A stretch of DNA of 64,000 nucleotides from Schmidtea polychroa (Eukaryota). Shown here one piece after another: positions 41,201-54,249 of the stretch (within the stretch, counting starts at the first letter, position 1; each line of letters opens with the position of its first letter). Location: positions 82,460,001 to 82,524,000 of the forward strand of contig CM097888.1 of NCBI GenBank assembly GCA_044892525.1, in the 5' to 3' direction. The notes under the pieces were generated by a model. The model was given only the letters and a program-made list of their open reading frames with translations, had not been told where the DNA came from and made no database searches. The position numbers and the translations under genes are program-made.

Positions 41201-44200
41201 AATTTCTATTTCTTAATTGTGTATTTATGATTTATAAATTATTACTAACTAGCTGGGCTACCCAGCGTTGCTCGGGCAGAAGTCTTGATTGTCGCTATTC
41301 TTCCGTCTCATTTGATTTTTCTATAGCAGTCTGAGGTCTCATGTCTGCAAGTCTAGCTTGTCGCTGCTGTAGAGTTTCGTTTGGTCTTACTGTAGCAGCC
41401 CGAGTTCTAACTTCAGCCAGTCTTTCTTGTTGCTGTTGTGAGGTTTCATTTGCCCTTCGATTTGCTGGTCTTTTAGCAGAAGAATTAACAGATCAAATTG
41501 GGATTTGTCTTTAAGATAACATTATAAGGGAAATAAAATTTATTACAATATAATGATTTTAAAATGATTCAGGGTTTTGTATTTATGATAATAAAGAACT
41601 TTTTTTATGTCTATAGATTATAAGAGTGAACAGATAGACAGATAAAGTTTTATACATTGCAAGGCATGATGCTTAATGTTAATGTAATGCAATAAAGGTA
41701 TTTGGTGAAGGATTAGACAAAAATAAAATACTACATTACTGGATTTTTTTAATGGTCACCCACATTAGTGCTGATCTGAATTCAAAAGACTCAAAATAAG
41801 AATTTAAATGGGGCAAAGTGATTTTTTTGTAATATTAACGATTTATTATAAGTATTTTTATATTGGATTCAATTTAAAATTTTCCGTATTTAGAAATCGT
41901 AACAAACATACATACATTCAAAATTATATATAAGATTCTCCTCAAGTTATTTAATTTAACCCTTTGACGACGAATTTAAAAAAAATGAAATTTCTGTAAC
42001 TTTAACGATAGAAATCAGCTATATAGCTTGTTTAAAACGTGTAATGTTACGTTTGCTAGCCCGCAGAACGTATATTAACGAGTATAGACGAAACTAGTTG
42101 AAAATACTATAAACACGAGTGGGACAAGCGTTTGCTGTAATAACACAGAGAATACGGCATCTATATATTTTTTAAATTTGACTGGGACATATATGTCCCG
42201 ACAGTGGTCAAAGGGTTAAAATGTTTTAATGAATTTAGCATATTTTATCAATTTATTTATCACATAATTTAATATATTTAATAAAATTAGAAGACCTAAA
42301 TTTTTAACTATGATTTTTAATAGGCTAGAAGAAGATCAACTTTTTTAAAACTTGGTCAAGGAGCACAATTACAACGAGAAATCAGAGCAGAGCAAAAAAC
42401 TAAAGATGAAATGATACAGTCACTCATGCCAGTTGATGTTGCGCATCAAGTAATGAGTGGTAAAAATGTTGACGAAGAAGACGACAAGAACAAGGAAGAT
42501 AAAAAATCAGGCGTCAAAATTCGCCGACAATCCGAAAAAGATGACGATAGTTCAGAAGATGAAGAAATATTGAACTCCAACAAAGAACACCGTCGATCTA
42601 CTCAAGTGGAAAATGATATGAATGATCCAAGTAAAATATTNNNNNNNNNNNNNNNNNNNNNNNNNNNNNNNNNNNNNNNNNNNNNNNNNNNNNNNNNNNN
42701 NNNNNNNNNNNNNNNNNNNNNNNNNNNNNNNNNNNNNNNNNNNNNNNNNNNNNNNNNNNNNNNNNNNNNNNNTGAATAGTGTTTTTGGTGTTAAAAACTC
42801 AAATTGGCTTGAAATGCAAAAATATTTTATTGGAATAGATTTATTATTTTGTGTTATATGAAACATGTAGGGAAAGAAATAATATAATAAACACGTAATT
42901 ACAGATAATATGTGCTATTTGAAACTGTGGGAATAATTATTCCATGGAAACTAAATATATTCATCAAAATTTATTTCATTTTATAGTTATTAAAATTAAA
43001 TTGCTACATAATTCATAGAAACAAAATTTCAGTTACTGAATTTTAAAGAGATTTTAACTTTGGAATTGGAAATTTTCCTAAAATATTTATTGCTTCTCTA
43101 ACTCGCCAAATTGAAACTAATGCAATAGTTTAATAACAGCCATTTAAAGTATTTTAATAAAATTAATTCTAGATATATTATATAATGGTGTTTGCCCAGT
43201 TTATGAGTATTCCAAACTAAAACAAACTTTGCTGTGCCTGTTTTTATAAGAGCACACATTTATTTGTAAATTATTTTAAATAATCAAATGGTTTTCTTAA
43301 TATTTTAAATATCTACATAAATTTCGTGTCTTATTGATTTTTTTATGATTTTTTTATTTTTAATCATTAAAAGTTTTAATTTAGAATTTCGGTTTTATTT
43401 TTCATTTTTCTATAATCATAAAATAATTATATTATTCAATTTAATTAAATACTTTATAAAACATTAATAAATATTATTATTTTCTTTGATTTTAAACATT
43501 TCAAAATTTTAATAACTGAATAATTGTTCTTATGATTATCTAACGAATGTCTAACTGCGGATCTGATCAAATGTACGTTATTAAGTATCGTAGTTAATTT
43601 ATTATTAAACCTGAAATGTAAATAATTAATTATATAATAAATCTAAAAAAAATCTAATTTCGCTAGAAATTTACAAAATTCTGATTTTTATATTCATACC
43701 TTAAAAATTATAAAAGTTTTAAAATTCACAAAAATTGAAATCAAACAAGATTCTAATAAATTTTCCACAAAATTGTGTTTAATAATATCAATCAATTGAT
43801 TCAATCGATAGTGATCAGGAACTTGAAAACGGAGATGACGGACAGTCATTCCAATGTATGTGGCGTTGCACCCATGACATAAATATTCATAACCAAGATC
43901 CGAAAACCATCTAAGTAAGAATTGAAATCCACTAATAAACACGAAGTTAAAAAAAACAGGAATTAGATACCACCTTCCAACGTTGAAATGTAAACCTAAA
44001 CAAAAAACTGTGCTTGCTGATATAAATCGATTCCCTCAGTCGACAGTTATCCAGAACTTGAGAAAGGAGATGACAGTTTTTTTCATTATAAAGAATTATA
44101 AAGATAGTTTCTTGTAAATCTTAGTAATTATGGTATCTGACAAAATGGGTCAAATCAAAAAGAATATTAAAAATAAAATAATATTAAAAATTTATTAGCA

Positions 44201-47200
44201 ATAATGATATATAGGATATATCATTGAATCTTTGGATCCAATTTTATAGGATTTTATTGATTACATTCCTAGAAAATATTTAGGAATACATTTCTTAAAA
44301 ATGAGTGGCATATTTGCACTTATTTCTACAGCTGAAATTTTGAAAATTTATGATTCAGTACATTTTGAAAACAGATCGGAAAACAACGTTGTAGAGGGGT
44401 GGTATTCAAGATTTTAGGGGGTGATTAAGACACCAAATGCAGTAATATAGAGAGTTTTAGAATTTATTAAGTTAGATCAAAGAGATTTCGTATAAAGATT
44501 ATTATCTTTAGACCATCTCTCTTAGATATTAATGATATTAATTAAATTTCCATTAATTAATTAAGTGATAAATTATTCAGTTGATGGTGATATGGAAAAT
44601 AATTCTGTCATTTCTGAGCCACCTGCACAACGAAGTCTTGTTCATTTTCGAAAGTTTCACGTAAATCAAATGCAAAATGTTAGCATATTATTTGCAGATA
44701 TTGTGGGATTTACTAAAATGAGTAGCAATAAAACTGCTCCTCATCTCGTATTTCTTTTGAATGATCTCTTTGGCAGGTAGGATTTATTAAAAACTTGTTT
44801 AAATGATGCTATATTATTTTCTCGGCAATAAAATCGTATATTTCTTTGTTAGCTTTTGATGTTTCTGTTCTAACATCTCATTCTTTTTCAATGCGACTAT
44901 AAACCAAAAATTCTTTTTCCTACATAACACAAATTTCTAACTGATTAATACATGATAAAGGCAGTGTAGAATATTTATGTTACAAATGGAAAAGAAATTT
45001 TTTGTCTATAATCGTAATAAAAATGAATGAAATGTTAAATAAATAATTAATAAAACAGAAAAACCATTATTAAGGTACATTTATTTCCTCCAAAACGAAA
45101 TAATTTGTTCGTACCATATAGGATAATATATTTCAATGTTTTTGACGTTATTATTTTCTATACAATTAATACTAATAGTAAGCAATTAATAACTCTAACA
45201 AATTTTATTAATTTCTAAAATGACTCATGAATAAGGTGACCAGACGTCCCCATTATGGCGGGACAGTCCCGATTTTTCACGATTTATCCCGCGTCAAAAT
45301 GAATAAAAAAAATTTCAAGGAATAAAATATTATACAATTTTTTATATTTATAAATTGTACTTATGTTAAAAATCAAAAAATATTACCATATTATTATTAT
45401 TCTATATGAAAATTTTTGTTGATACCCCGCTCCTTCAATAGTTGTCCCGCTTTGCCCATCTAAAAATCTGGTCACCTTACTCATGAATTAAGACGTTGAA
45501 TAAAATTGTCGTATTTTACATGTTTTTGGTTTTGTCTAATTGATGAAAAATTTTCCAACTTGACAACGTCAAGTTTCACTTCAGTAATTAAAATAATTGA
45601 ATGAAATTCAAAACTATCTATTATATTTATTATGATTTGACATTCAAATGACACTTAATTAGTTGAGATTTCAATTTTCAAATTGTGAATATAGAGAAAC
45701 CTGCAAATATCAATGATAAACAGTTACAAAAATTAGCACTTCAAATGTGATTTATGCAACAGATAAATTTACTTAACAATTAATTTTACTTCTTACCGTA
45801 CTTGTTTATTTTACTTCACATGCTCTTTCATTCATTATGTTCAATTTTTTAGATTCATTAGTTTTGTTTACTACTTTTTGATAAAGTAAAGAATTATGAA
45901 AATTTTGAATAATAATAACAATAATACTTTGAATGATGAATTTACTTTATGGTACAAAATTTCTCAACATTTGCACAATTGAGGACCTATAAAATACTGG
46001 ATAATTTCATGTTGAATTGTAATCTATACCAGTAGACCAGTGTTTCTCAACCCGTGTTCCCCGAAAAAAATGACATTTTATCTTTAAATTTGCATTTAAG
46101 ATACAAATCATCAAAAACCTCAATTAATAGTTTTATAAGATGATTCAATAAGAAAGCCGTTACACAGATATATAAACATACAAATATAAAAGTGTTTTTA
46201 TTGCTTGTTATTGTTGCGCGTGGTATTTTCTTTGCTTATAACAGTGTTTTCCAAACTGTGTGCCGTGGCGGGTGCCCAGGTGTGCCGTGAAATTTTTAAA
46301 AAAAAAGTCAAAACTATGTTTTATGAATTTTTCATTGACTAATTTTTCTAAATTTAAAATTTTTTACATTAAATTTATTTCAAGTAAATAAGTTTTTCAT
46401 TTCTTATTAAAAGATTAATAAAAGTGCAATAAAAAATTGCAAATAAAGCAAAAAAAATTTAGGTGTGCCGCGGAAAATTTTTAAATCAACCAAGTGTGCC
46501 GTGGCTCAAAAAAGTTTGGATAACACTGGCTTATAAGAAGGCATTGTTTACGTTTGCGACAGATTTATAGTAATTTGTGATTGGTTACTCATTGTAAACA
46601 AATATTTTTTTGTCAGTGTTCCGCGTAAAAAAAATCATGTGAATGGTGTTCCGCGCTTTTATATTAATTGAGAACCACTGCAGTAGATAAAAGATATATA
46701 AAAATAAATTATCAAATTCGTTGCACTTCCTTGAAACCATTATTTATTTGGCACACTTTTAAAATAACCAGAAGTTTGACTACAGTCATCAAAGTGTATT
46801 AAACGCAGTTAAATTTAAGTTTTCCAACATTTATTTATTAATTGCAATTTTAAATTATCTCGTTTTTTCTAAAAATTTTAACAACTGACACGTGATAATT
46901 ATTAGTATTGATGCAATTATTGGTCACAAATATAATTTAATATAAATTTCAAATAGCAACTTGGTGCTACACAATAGAATTACGAATAAATAATTTTAAA
47001 GTCCATAGTAAAATCATTTTTGAATAAAATGAGTAGTAAATATTTTATAATTGGGTGTTTTTTCATAATTCATGATTTTACACGTAATTTTTCAGTTATT
47101 AACTGTTAACTATAGTAAAGTCTAGATTTCGAACTTTACTTTAAGCATAGCTTCAAAAACAAATAATTTACATTATTTAAATTTTTAAAAAATCTTAACT

Positions 47201-50200
47201 TTTCTAAATGTCTTATTCATTTGTTTTATTTAGCTTTTATTATTGGTTTATCAAATTTTTGTTAGAAATGCCCAGCGAGTATATATATATATATATCGCA
47301 AATTTCATTGTTGGAAGGTGTTCGAGTACACCAAAAACTTCTTTTCATTTCTTAGAGCATGGTAAAAAGATGGTTGACTAAACTTTCACTGAATAACAAT
47401 ACAGTCTCGTCACGTGTTTGCTATATAGAGAGACTAAAAGAGGGACTAAGTATTACTAAATTACAAATATAATTAAAAATTTTAATTGACTAATAATTTT
47501 TATTCTTAGATTAAATATAAAAATTGCTTATGTTTTAGCTTTGATAAACTTTGTGAAGTGAATGGCTGTGAAAAAATAGCAACACTTGGAGATTGTTATT
47601 ACTGTGTAAGTGGTTGTCCAAAAGAAGTTACTGATCACGCCGAAAGATGCGTTGAGATGGGCCGATCAATGTGCAAAGCTATTCGTCAATTTGATGAAAG
47701 ACATAATGAAGAAGTATGCAATAATTTTTTAATATATGTTTTATGAATGAAAAATTAAACTTTTCTAAGCATTTATTTCACTTTTAATATCAGTCTGTTA
47801 ATAATTGATTAGCATCTGATAATTTATGTATGATCTGTTATACATTTCAAAATACAGATGCCTTAGGGGAAATGAGTATTTTTGAGACTGCAGTGATAAG
47901 TTCGGTTTTATGTGTTCACAATTTGTCACATTTATGAGCTATTTATTTGGACACGAGAGATTTTGAAGGGCAGTTATTTCATTATTTGTTATTCCACTAG
48001 GAATGCTATAAATGATTTTATAATTTGGAATCATAAAAATAAAGTAAGTGTAAGGTACTTCAGACATTGTTATGATCCATACCAGAGATCTTGATGTTCA
48101 TGTCTCCAAATTTGACAATCGAGATCTCGTAACTTTCAGAATCTACACTTGACCTGATATATATATTTCAGGGACTGAAACCGAACCCGAACCCTGTTGA
48201 ACCCAGAAACTCATAGGTTCGGGTTCATAAATTTAAAAAATTTATTCTGTTGATTTTTTTAGAAAAATAAAGAGGACAAAAACGTAGTAAAGTTTTCATA
48301 TTCTTTAATGTTGCCTAGCTTATTTTCTTAAAGTAACTTACTACGATACAAAATACAAATAGTAAAGTTTCTCGTGTTCATTAATGTTTCCTAACGATTT
48401 TGTTTTTATTGTTATATTGAATTTTGACTTTCTATGATTAAAGTTTAATAATAATCATTATTAATCATTAAACGTGTTTTTTTGTTTGTTAAATTCTATA
48501 TTAAGAAGAGGATATTATTGAACAAGTTTTAAAGAAAAGTTTTTTCAAATTAATTCGGAAAATATAAATTCCACATCTTTCATTGATAGTTCAGTTAAAA
48601 ATAAGATAGAAATATACGAAAATTATCCAAGGCTGGCAAAAGAAAAAAGTATTTTAGAATTTTGGGAACAACATAAAATACAAACACCTTTTTCTATATC
48701 AGGTAGCCCAAATAATATTTGCAGTCCCTGTTACGCAAGTAAGCGTAGAGAGGCCTTTTTCAGCTTTAAAATGTATGCTATCACCACAATGAGCAAATCT
48801 AACAGAAGAAAACTTTAAAAATATTTTAACTGTTAAATAAAATGAAAAATCATTGAAAAATAAATAAAAGATAAGGCTTTTTTTCTAAATTTTGAACCCG
48901 AACTTTTAATTTGTGATTAACCCGAACCTGAACCTGAACCCAATTTTTTCCGGGTTTCAGTCCCTGATATATTTAGTTATGTTATATTTAGGTAAATATG
49001 CGAGTGGGAGTTCATACTGGTATGGTTATTTGTGGAATTGTGGGAACTCATCGTTTTAAATTTGATGTCTGGAGCCATGATGTAACTTTAGCAAATGAAA
49101 TGGAATCATCAGGCCAAGCCGGCACAGTTCACATATCTGATGAAACTTATTCATGTGTTAAAAATATTTATGAAGTTGAAGATGGACCGTTAATTTCAGG
49201 TGAAAATTTTATTTAAGTAATTTTAATTAACAGTTAATTTTAGATATTAGAAAACTAAAAGTTTTAATTGAATATTTTAATGAAGAAACCCAATCTTATG
49301 CAATCAAGCATCAACAAGATCAAGCAAGTAAGTTATTGTCATTGACTATAATTTATTGTTTTAATGAAACTCTAACGAATCAATTCACTAAATAAATTAA
49401 TGATATTTTCACTAAATCTGTCATAATATTTCCTGCGTTTTTTAGAGAAGTTTCTTTGTCTCTCAGGCAGAATTTCATGATAATTTATTTTAGATAATTT
49501 AACAATATTAGATTATATTTATATTCTTTTTTTTGAGTATTTTAAGAGGCTTGATGTATAATGCTGAAGTATAATGCGTGCTTTTTTATTTATATCTTCC
49601 TCGACTTAATTTAATAATTTCGTTAATTTTTATTAATATTAATACTTTACTTATTTTCAAAAAAGATCTGATCCGAAAGTTCGTGTTAAATAAATTAAAA
49701 TGTTGATTTGCAGCCTGAAAAGTCAATAAAGAAACTTCAAATGGAAAATAGATTATTGATAAAAATTATAAAATATAGTTAATACATTATTGTTGGATTA
49801 AAAAATATTTTCGCGATTAATAAATTTGATTCTGACTCTAAGTATCTTTTATATTAAAACAACAAAACCCAACACAATAGGTTAATTTATCAGCAATATA
49901 ACAACAAATATTCGAATTCTCAATTAACATTGATTGCTACTTCAAATCAAATTTATTCTATATTTTGTATATGTTGAGGATACCTAAATGATAAATACTA
50001 TAATAAATAAATAAAATTACCTGGGGGAAGATCGTCGTGACAAACGGTACGATCTGTCGGAACTCAGAAAAGAAGGAGGAAGAAACAAAAGAAATCAAAC
50101 ATGAAAATAAAAACCAAGCTCAGTACTAATTAATTAGTACAAAATGGAAAAGGAATTTGAAATCGGGAAAACAGAAAAACAACAATATTCTTATCTCAAC

Positions 50201-53200
50201 AACTTGTCAGAGATAAGGGAAACAAAACAAAAACAGGCCGGAGCCGCAAAAGGAAAAAATATATAAATATTGCGACAGCTATCAAAGATAACTCGGTCGC
50301 AGGGAAAACTGGAAAATAATGTTGGAAAAAATGGTGGAATTGAAAATAAACTGAAGTGCCACAAATTGACGAGGTATAAAAGGAGGTGGCACAGCAGAAA
50401 CAGGCGGAGAAAGTATAGAGAGGACGATTTAAAAAGTTAAGAAGACGTGGGAGAAGTGTATTAGCGAGCAGTTTGGAGTAGCCATTGAGAGGACAATTTA
50501 GAAGCAATATTTGAATAAAGTTGAAACAGAGAAACTAAAAAGAAAACAGAATTAAAGAGAATCAGCAAGAGTTTATTCAGTTGATAATAGAATAAAGTTA
50601 GGCGAGTAAAGCTAAGTCAAAATCAGAGAACCAGCAAAAATTACCAATTATTACACTCATGAGTTGTGAGAGATTTGTCAAATCAAAATTATACGAGTGT
50701 GCTATTCCTTACCATAGTGTTATAATAAGCACGGTATAATAGTTAGCTTGTTGAGTCAATTGTATCATTGAGAAAATATTTGTGATATTGAATAAAGTTT
50801 CCAGTGTTAATTGTTATTTGTGGGTCAGTCAAAGACACGCTTAGAGTCAGAGTAAGAATTCTAATTTTATCACCAACCCAATAACCCAACATATATATAC
50901 AAAGCCGTAACCAGATCTTTTATTCCCCCACTTCACGGGGACATTATAAAACGCAGTTTGTTTGGGGTATCAAACTTCTTTATTAATTTTAAAAAACATA
51001 TCGTCAAGAATTAAAAGATAAAGTTTTCAATTTTTTTCAAGAGGCCAGAAGCAATCACGACATTTGCCACTTCCTTCTTCATACTTTTTCGAAACTTGAA
51101 TAACTTCAACGAGTAATCTCACCAAAGCCTTTTATAGCGACATATAATAGTTTTATCAGTGATCCAATACCCTCTTAATGGCATTGTCTTTACCAGCAGC
51201 AGAAATGTTGACACAATGAAAGAAATTGTTAGCAGAAAAGGAACTCTGAATTTACAGACTTTGACGACAATGCATGCTGAATGATGATTGAAACAATGAA
51301 TATATGTCATTTGGCTTCAACGAAGCTGCTGAATGCGATTCTGAATACCATCAATTACGTTCACGCTGTCATATTGAATATAGTGATTTAGAAGTAATTT
51401 AACAATTAAATTTATTAGCAACTTTGCGTCAAAATGAGAAACTCTACTCCTACAAGGCTTCATACAGCGACAGCATAGTGTAGCTCTGGCTTTCAATGCC
51501 ATTGACGTTGCTTACTTCAACATACTCCAACGTAAACAAGCAGATTCTTAAATCAATTTAGACAAATGACTGATTATCTCATACTTACGATATACTTTAC
51601 TAATTGTGATGGAATCTCCCCTTTGACCTCCGTGCTTAAGTGTAAAACACTTATTTTAACAACTATTAAATAATTTATTAAAATTATTAAATATTGTCTT
51701 ACACAGATATCAAAACCTACTTCATTATTCGTCGATTTGATGATAAACCTGAAGTCCTATTGATATCAGTAATTTTCTGATAAATAAATATCAATGAGTT
51801 TTTGATGCATATTTTAAGGATGAAGAAAACAGAAGTCAAACAATAATGTTTTCCAACTCTGATGAATTGGTGGAAACAAAAATTGGACCCACCGAAAGTA
51901 ATGCCGCTGTTACAGACCTTATGCTGCCTAAAGCAGCAGACCAAATCCAAGACCAAGAAACATTGGACAGGATTATGGTAGATAATTTTAAAGAAGACGA
52001 TATTCAAATTCGATCATTTTTTGAACCGCCGATTAATTTTTTTACACTAAATTTTAAAGTATTTTGTTTATTAGTTGATAAAAATTGAAATGAAATTCAT
52101 TCAATAGGATGCTAGCATGGAACGGCGATACTACAGAAATGGTTTAAGACCTCACAAGAAAAACGTTACTCATATTACTTGGGCAACTCTTCGAATCACT
52201 CCATTCATTAATGCGATTGTCAATAGCATGTTTCTTATAGCATTGATCATAGCATGTTTTATCTCTTTTCCTATGGACCAAGACATTCGATTTTCGCACC
52301 GTGCTGGTTTCTACGTTTCATTAGCATTAACAATCATTATTAACGTCATTTTCATGGTGCCGTTAATTATCGATGTTGTACTCTTAAGCAACATTAGTCA
52401 AAGTTTTGAAAGATTTTATAGGAACTTTTTCAATTGGTATTTCCGAAATATTTATGGTGTTCTTATTCTTGGTTTGCCGTCTGTGTTGGTAATGTGCCAT
52501 TTTGATCAATGTCTATTCCGTGAACTTCATTTTGGTTATCGTCTAGCGATGGGAATAATGCTGTTGTTTATGTTAATGAACTGTACATTGTTCACCGTGT
52601 ACTCTTCTTGGACCAAATCTATTGTCGCCACGTTTATTGTCGGTATTGCCATTGGAATAATTTTTTATTATCGCAATGTTCACTCTGACGCTAGAAATTT
52701 AAGTTTCAATTGTGGCAATTATTCATCGTATCTGCAGTCATACGTATCTAATTCTAATCCATTTTTCAGTTTTGTTAATTCTTCTTCTTCAACATCTATG
52801 TGGATGAAAGGTAGTAAATATATCGACTTGGAGATCATTATATGTCTTTTATTAACGTTGATTTTTATTTGGTATTTGAATAGAGAATTGGATATCAGTT
52901 TTAAAGCCAGTTTCAACTGTGACCATCAAGCAATTAAGGCAAGGAAAGATAAAACAAGAGAACGAAAACAAGCAGATTGGTTACTTGAGAATATTATCCC
53001 GAGTTTTGTTATTGAAGATATTAAAACGACAAAAAAGTATTCCAAACATATGGAAAGAGTTGGAGTGATTTTCGCAACAATTGCTAACTTCGGTGATTTT
53101 TATGATGAGCAATTTGAAGGTGGTCGAGAAATGTTGAGAGTTTTGAATGAAATATTTGCGGATTTTGAAAATTTACTGCCAAATAAGAAATATAAAGACG

Positions 53201-53664
53201 TACAGAAAATCAAGACAATCGGAGCCTGTTTCATGGCAGCATCGGGACTGAATCCGGCGGAAAGGGAAAATAATAAGAAACCCGATGCTCACCTTTATGC
53301 ATTGATGGATTTCAGCATTGATCTTATTAATACTTTAGTTGCTTTTAATGAGCAATTGTTTAATTTCAATTTCGAATTGAAAATCGGCTACAATATTGGC
53401 GATGTCACTGCAGGAGTTATTGGTACAACGAAATTGTTATATGATATCTGGGGGGATACTGTCAATGTTGCTAGTAGAATGTATTCAACTGGAGAGAAGG
53501 GTAAAATACAAGTTACGGAAGCTGTCGCTAAACAATTGGAAAGCAGATATGATTTTGTATATCGTGGTGAGGTAGAAGTGAAAGGTAAAGGGAAAATGAC
53601 CACTTATTTGCTAACAGGTAAAAAGGGTGGTAAAAAAGATAATCCCTCTCCGTCCAAGAATTAA
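35237..53664 (+). CDS. ADCY9: Adenylate cyclase type 9 (predicted 1168 aa); exons 35237-35914, 42324-42630, 44581-44776, 47539-47713, 48992-49199, 49244-49327, 51707-51768, 51819-52058, 52108-53664
   Basis: All joins are GT-AG and phase-compatible (3507 nt total). AC9-diagnostic [92 protein letters not shown] and [14 protein letters not shown]. Two transmembrane clusters. Extra exons hidden in the N gaps cannot be excluded. Confidence 0.95.
36145..36358. mobile_element. Tc1/mariner-pogo-type MITE (214 bp) in ADCY9 intron 1
   Basis: TIR CCGTATA(T)A..(A/C)GCGTATAAGTCGAG, TA flanks, and two internal ACTTCGACTTATACGCGGGT repeats. Confidence 0.88.
39180..39490 (+). mobile_element. Penelope-like element GIY-YIG endonuclease remnant
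   Basis: [25 protein letters not shown] followed by [35 protein letters not shown]. This is the PLE-type GIY-YIG with CxxC. Confidence 0.8.
39937..39975 (+). ncRNA. Putative minimal hammerhead ribozyme motif (intact U3-A8 core, degenerate stems II/III)
   Basis: GAGA-TTGACAA-G-AACTAT-CTT-ATAGTC-GAA-AAGT-T-TTTC. Same repeat family as 20548-20712 and 21830, ~450 bp downstream of the PLE GIY-YIG relic on the same strand. Confidence 0.42.
41249..41620 (-). mobile_element. Non-autonomous Helitron
   Basis: The minus-strand 3' end GCCCGAGCAACGCTGGGTAGCCCAG-CTAG|T is a subterminal hairpin plus CTAG. Upstream [36 protein letters not shown] repeats are typical of Helitron N-termini. The 5' boundary is approximate. 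Confidence 0.8.
41960..42215. mobile_element. piggyBac-type MITE (256 bp)
   Basis: TIR CCCTTTGAC, TTAA on both flanks, subterminal palindrome GGGACATATATGTCCC. Confidence 0.85.
43740..44080 (-). mobile_element. Second Penelope-like GIY-YIG remnant
   Basis: [33 protein letters not shown] is the PLE endonuclease signature. Confidence 0.75.
45232..45479. mobile_element. hAT (Tip100/Zaphod-like) MITE (248 bp)
   Basis: TIR TAAGGTGACCAGA with GTCCC subterminal motifs and a perfect 8-bp TSD CTCATGAA. Confidence 0.92.
46038..46680 (-). mobile_element. hAT MITE family A, copy 4 (inverted), carrying a nested hAT
   Basis: TSD CAGTAGAC/CAGTAGAT. The body matches family A once 46242-46536 is removed. 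Confidence 0.9.
46242..46528. mobile_element. Nested hAT (Buster-type) MITE (287 bp)
   Basis: TIR CAGTGTT(T/A)TCCAAACT, GTGTGCCGTG repeats and a perfect TSD GCTTATAA. Confidence 0.92.
48169..48966 (+). mobile_element. Internally deleted hAT element (798 bp) in ADCY9 intron 4
   Basis: TIR CAGGGACTGAAACC, GAACCC subterminal repeats, perfect TSD ATATATTT, and a dimerisation-domain relic [32 protein letters not shown]. Confidence 0.93.
49972..50891 (+). mobile_element. Solo LTR (920 bp), same family as 2615-3558, in ADCY9 intron 6
   Basis: TGTTGAGG...CCCAACA ends, TATA TSD, and an AATAAA about 100 nt before the 3' end. Confidence 0.88.
50910..51560 (+). mobile_element. Degenerate hAT (GTF2IRD2/Buster-like) transposase fragments
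   Basis: Relics [17 protein letters not shown] and SEFTDF resemble the RHYxTxH, HCIIHQExLC and F.DF motifs. Many stops. Confidence 0.4.
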
Positions 53665-54249
53665 GAATTTTCAATACAAAAAGAAAATTGTAAATAAGAC
53701 ATGATTTATTATTGACATCATTGAATGGAAGAGCTAAAATTGATGCTAGAATGGAGTGCATTCTCCTCATATATATAAATATAGTTTGACTTTTAGTTGA
53801 ATATTAAAGCATGTTTCTAGAGTTATTTTATATTTTCTGTGATAAAATTAAATATTATTTTGAGAACTTTGTGGAATAAAATTGATATTGTTTAGTTTTA
53901 TTTAATGTTTTGTTATTATTGTGTTTTTGCAAATTGTCGGTGAAGCTTTTATTGTTATGACGTAGCTTAGAATTTAAATAAATTTATTTTCAATAACTTT
54001 GTTTTATTTAATCATTATTTTGTTTTAAATAATTATAAATCAAACGGTTTGGAAACCTTGATCTGGTATTATTATTATTAGTCACTATTTGTTAAGCTTA
54101 ATAATATATAAAGCTATATAAGTTGAAAAGATGAAAAAGAAATATCGATGCACCTTTCTTTTTACAACAAACATTTTGGACAGTTTCAAACAAATTTCTT
54201 TCTTATTTCCCTGTATTCGTTTTTGTAACTCTTCCAATAATAATTATAG

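Noticed and set aside
52719-53770. Minus-strand ORFs at 52719-52916, 53388-53603 and 53528-53770
   Set aside because: They are antisense to the last ADCY9 exon.
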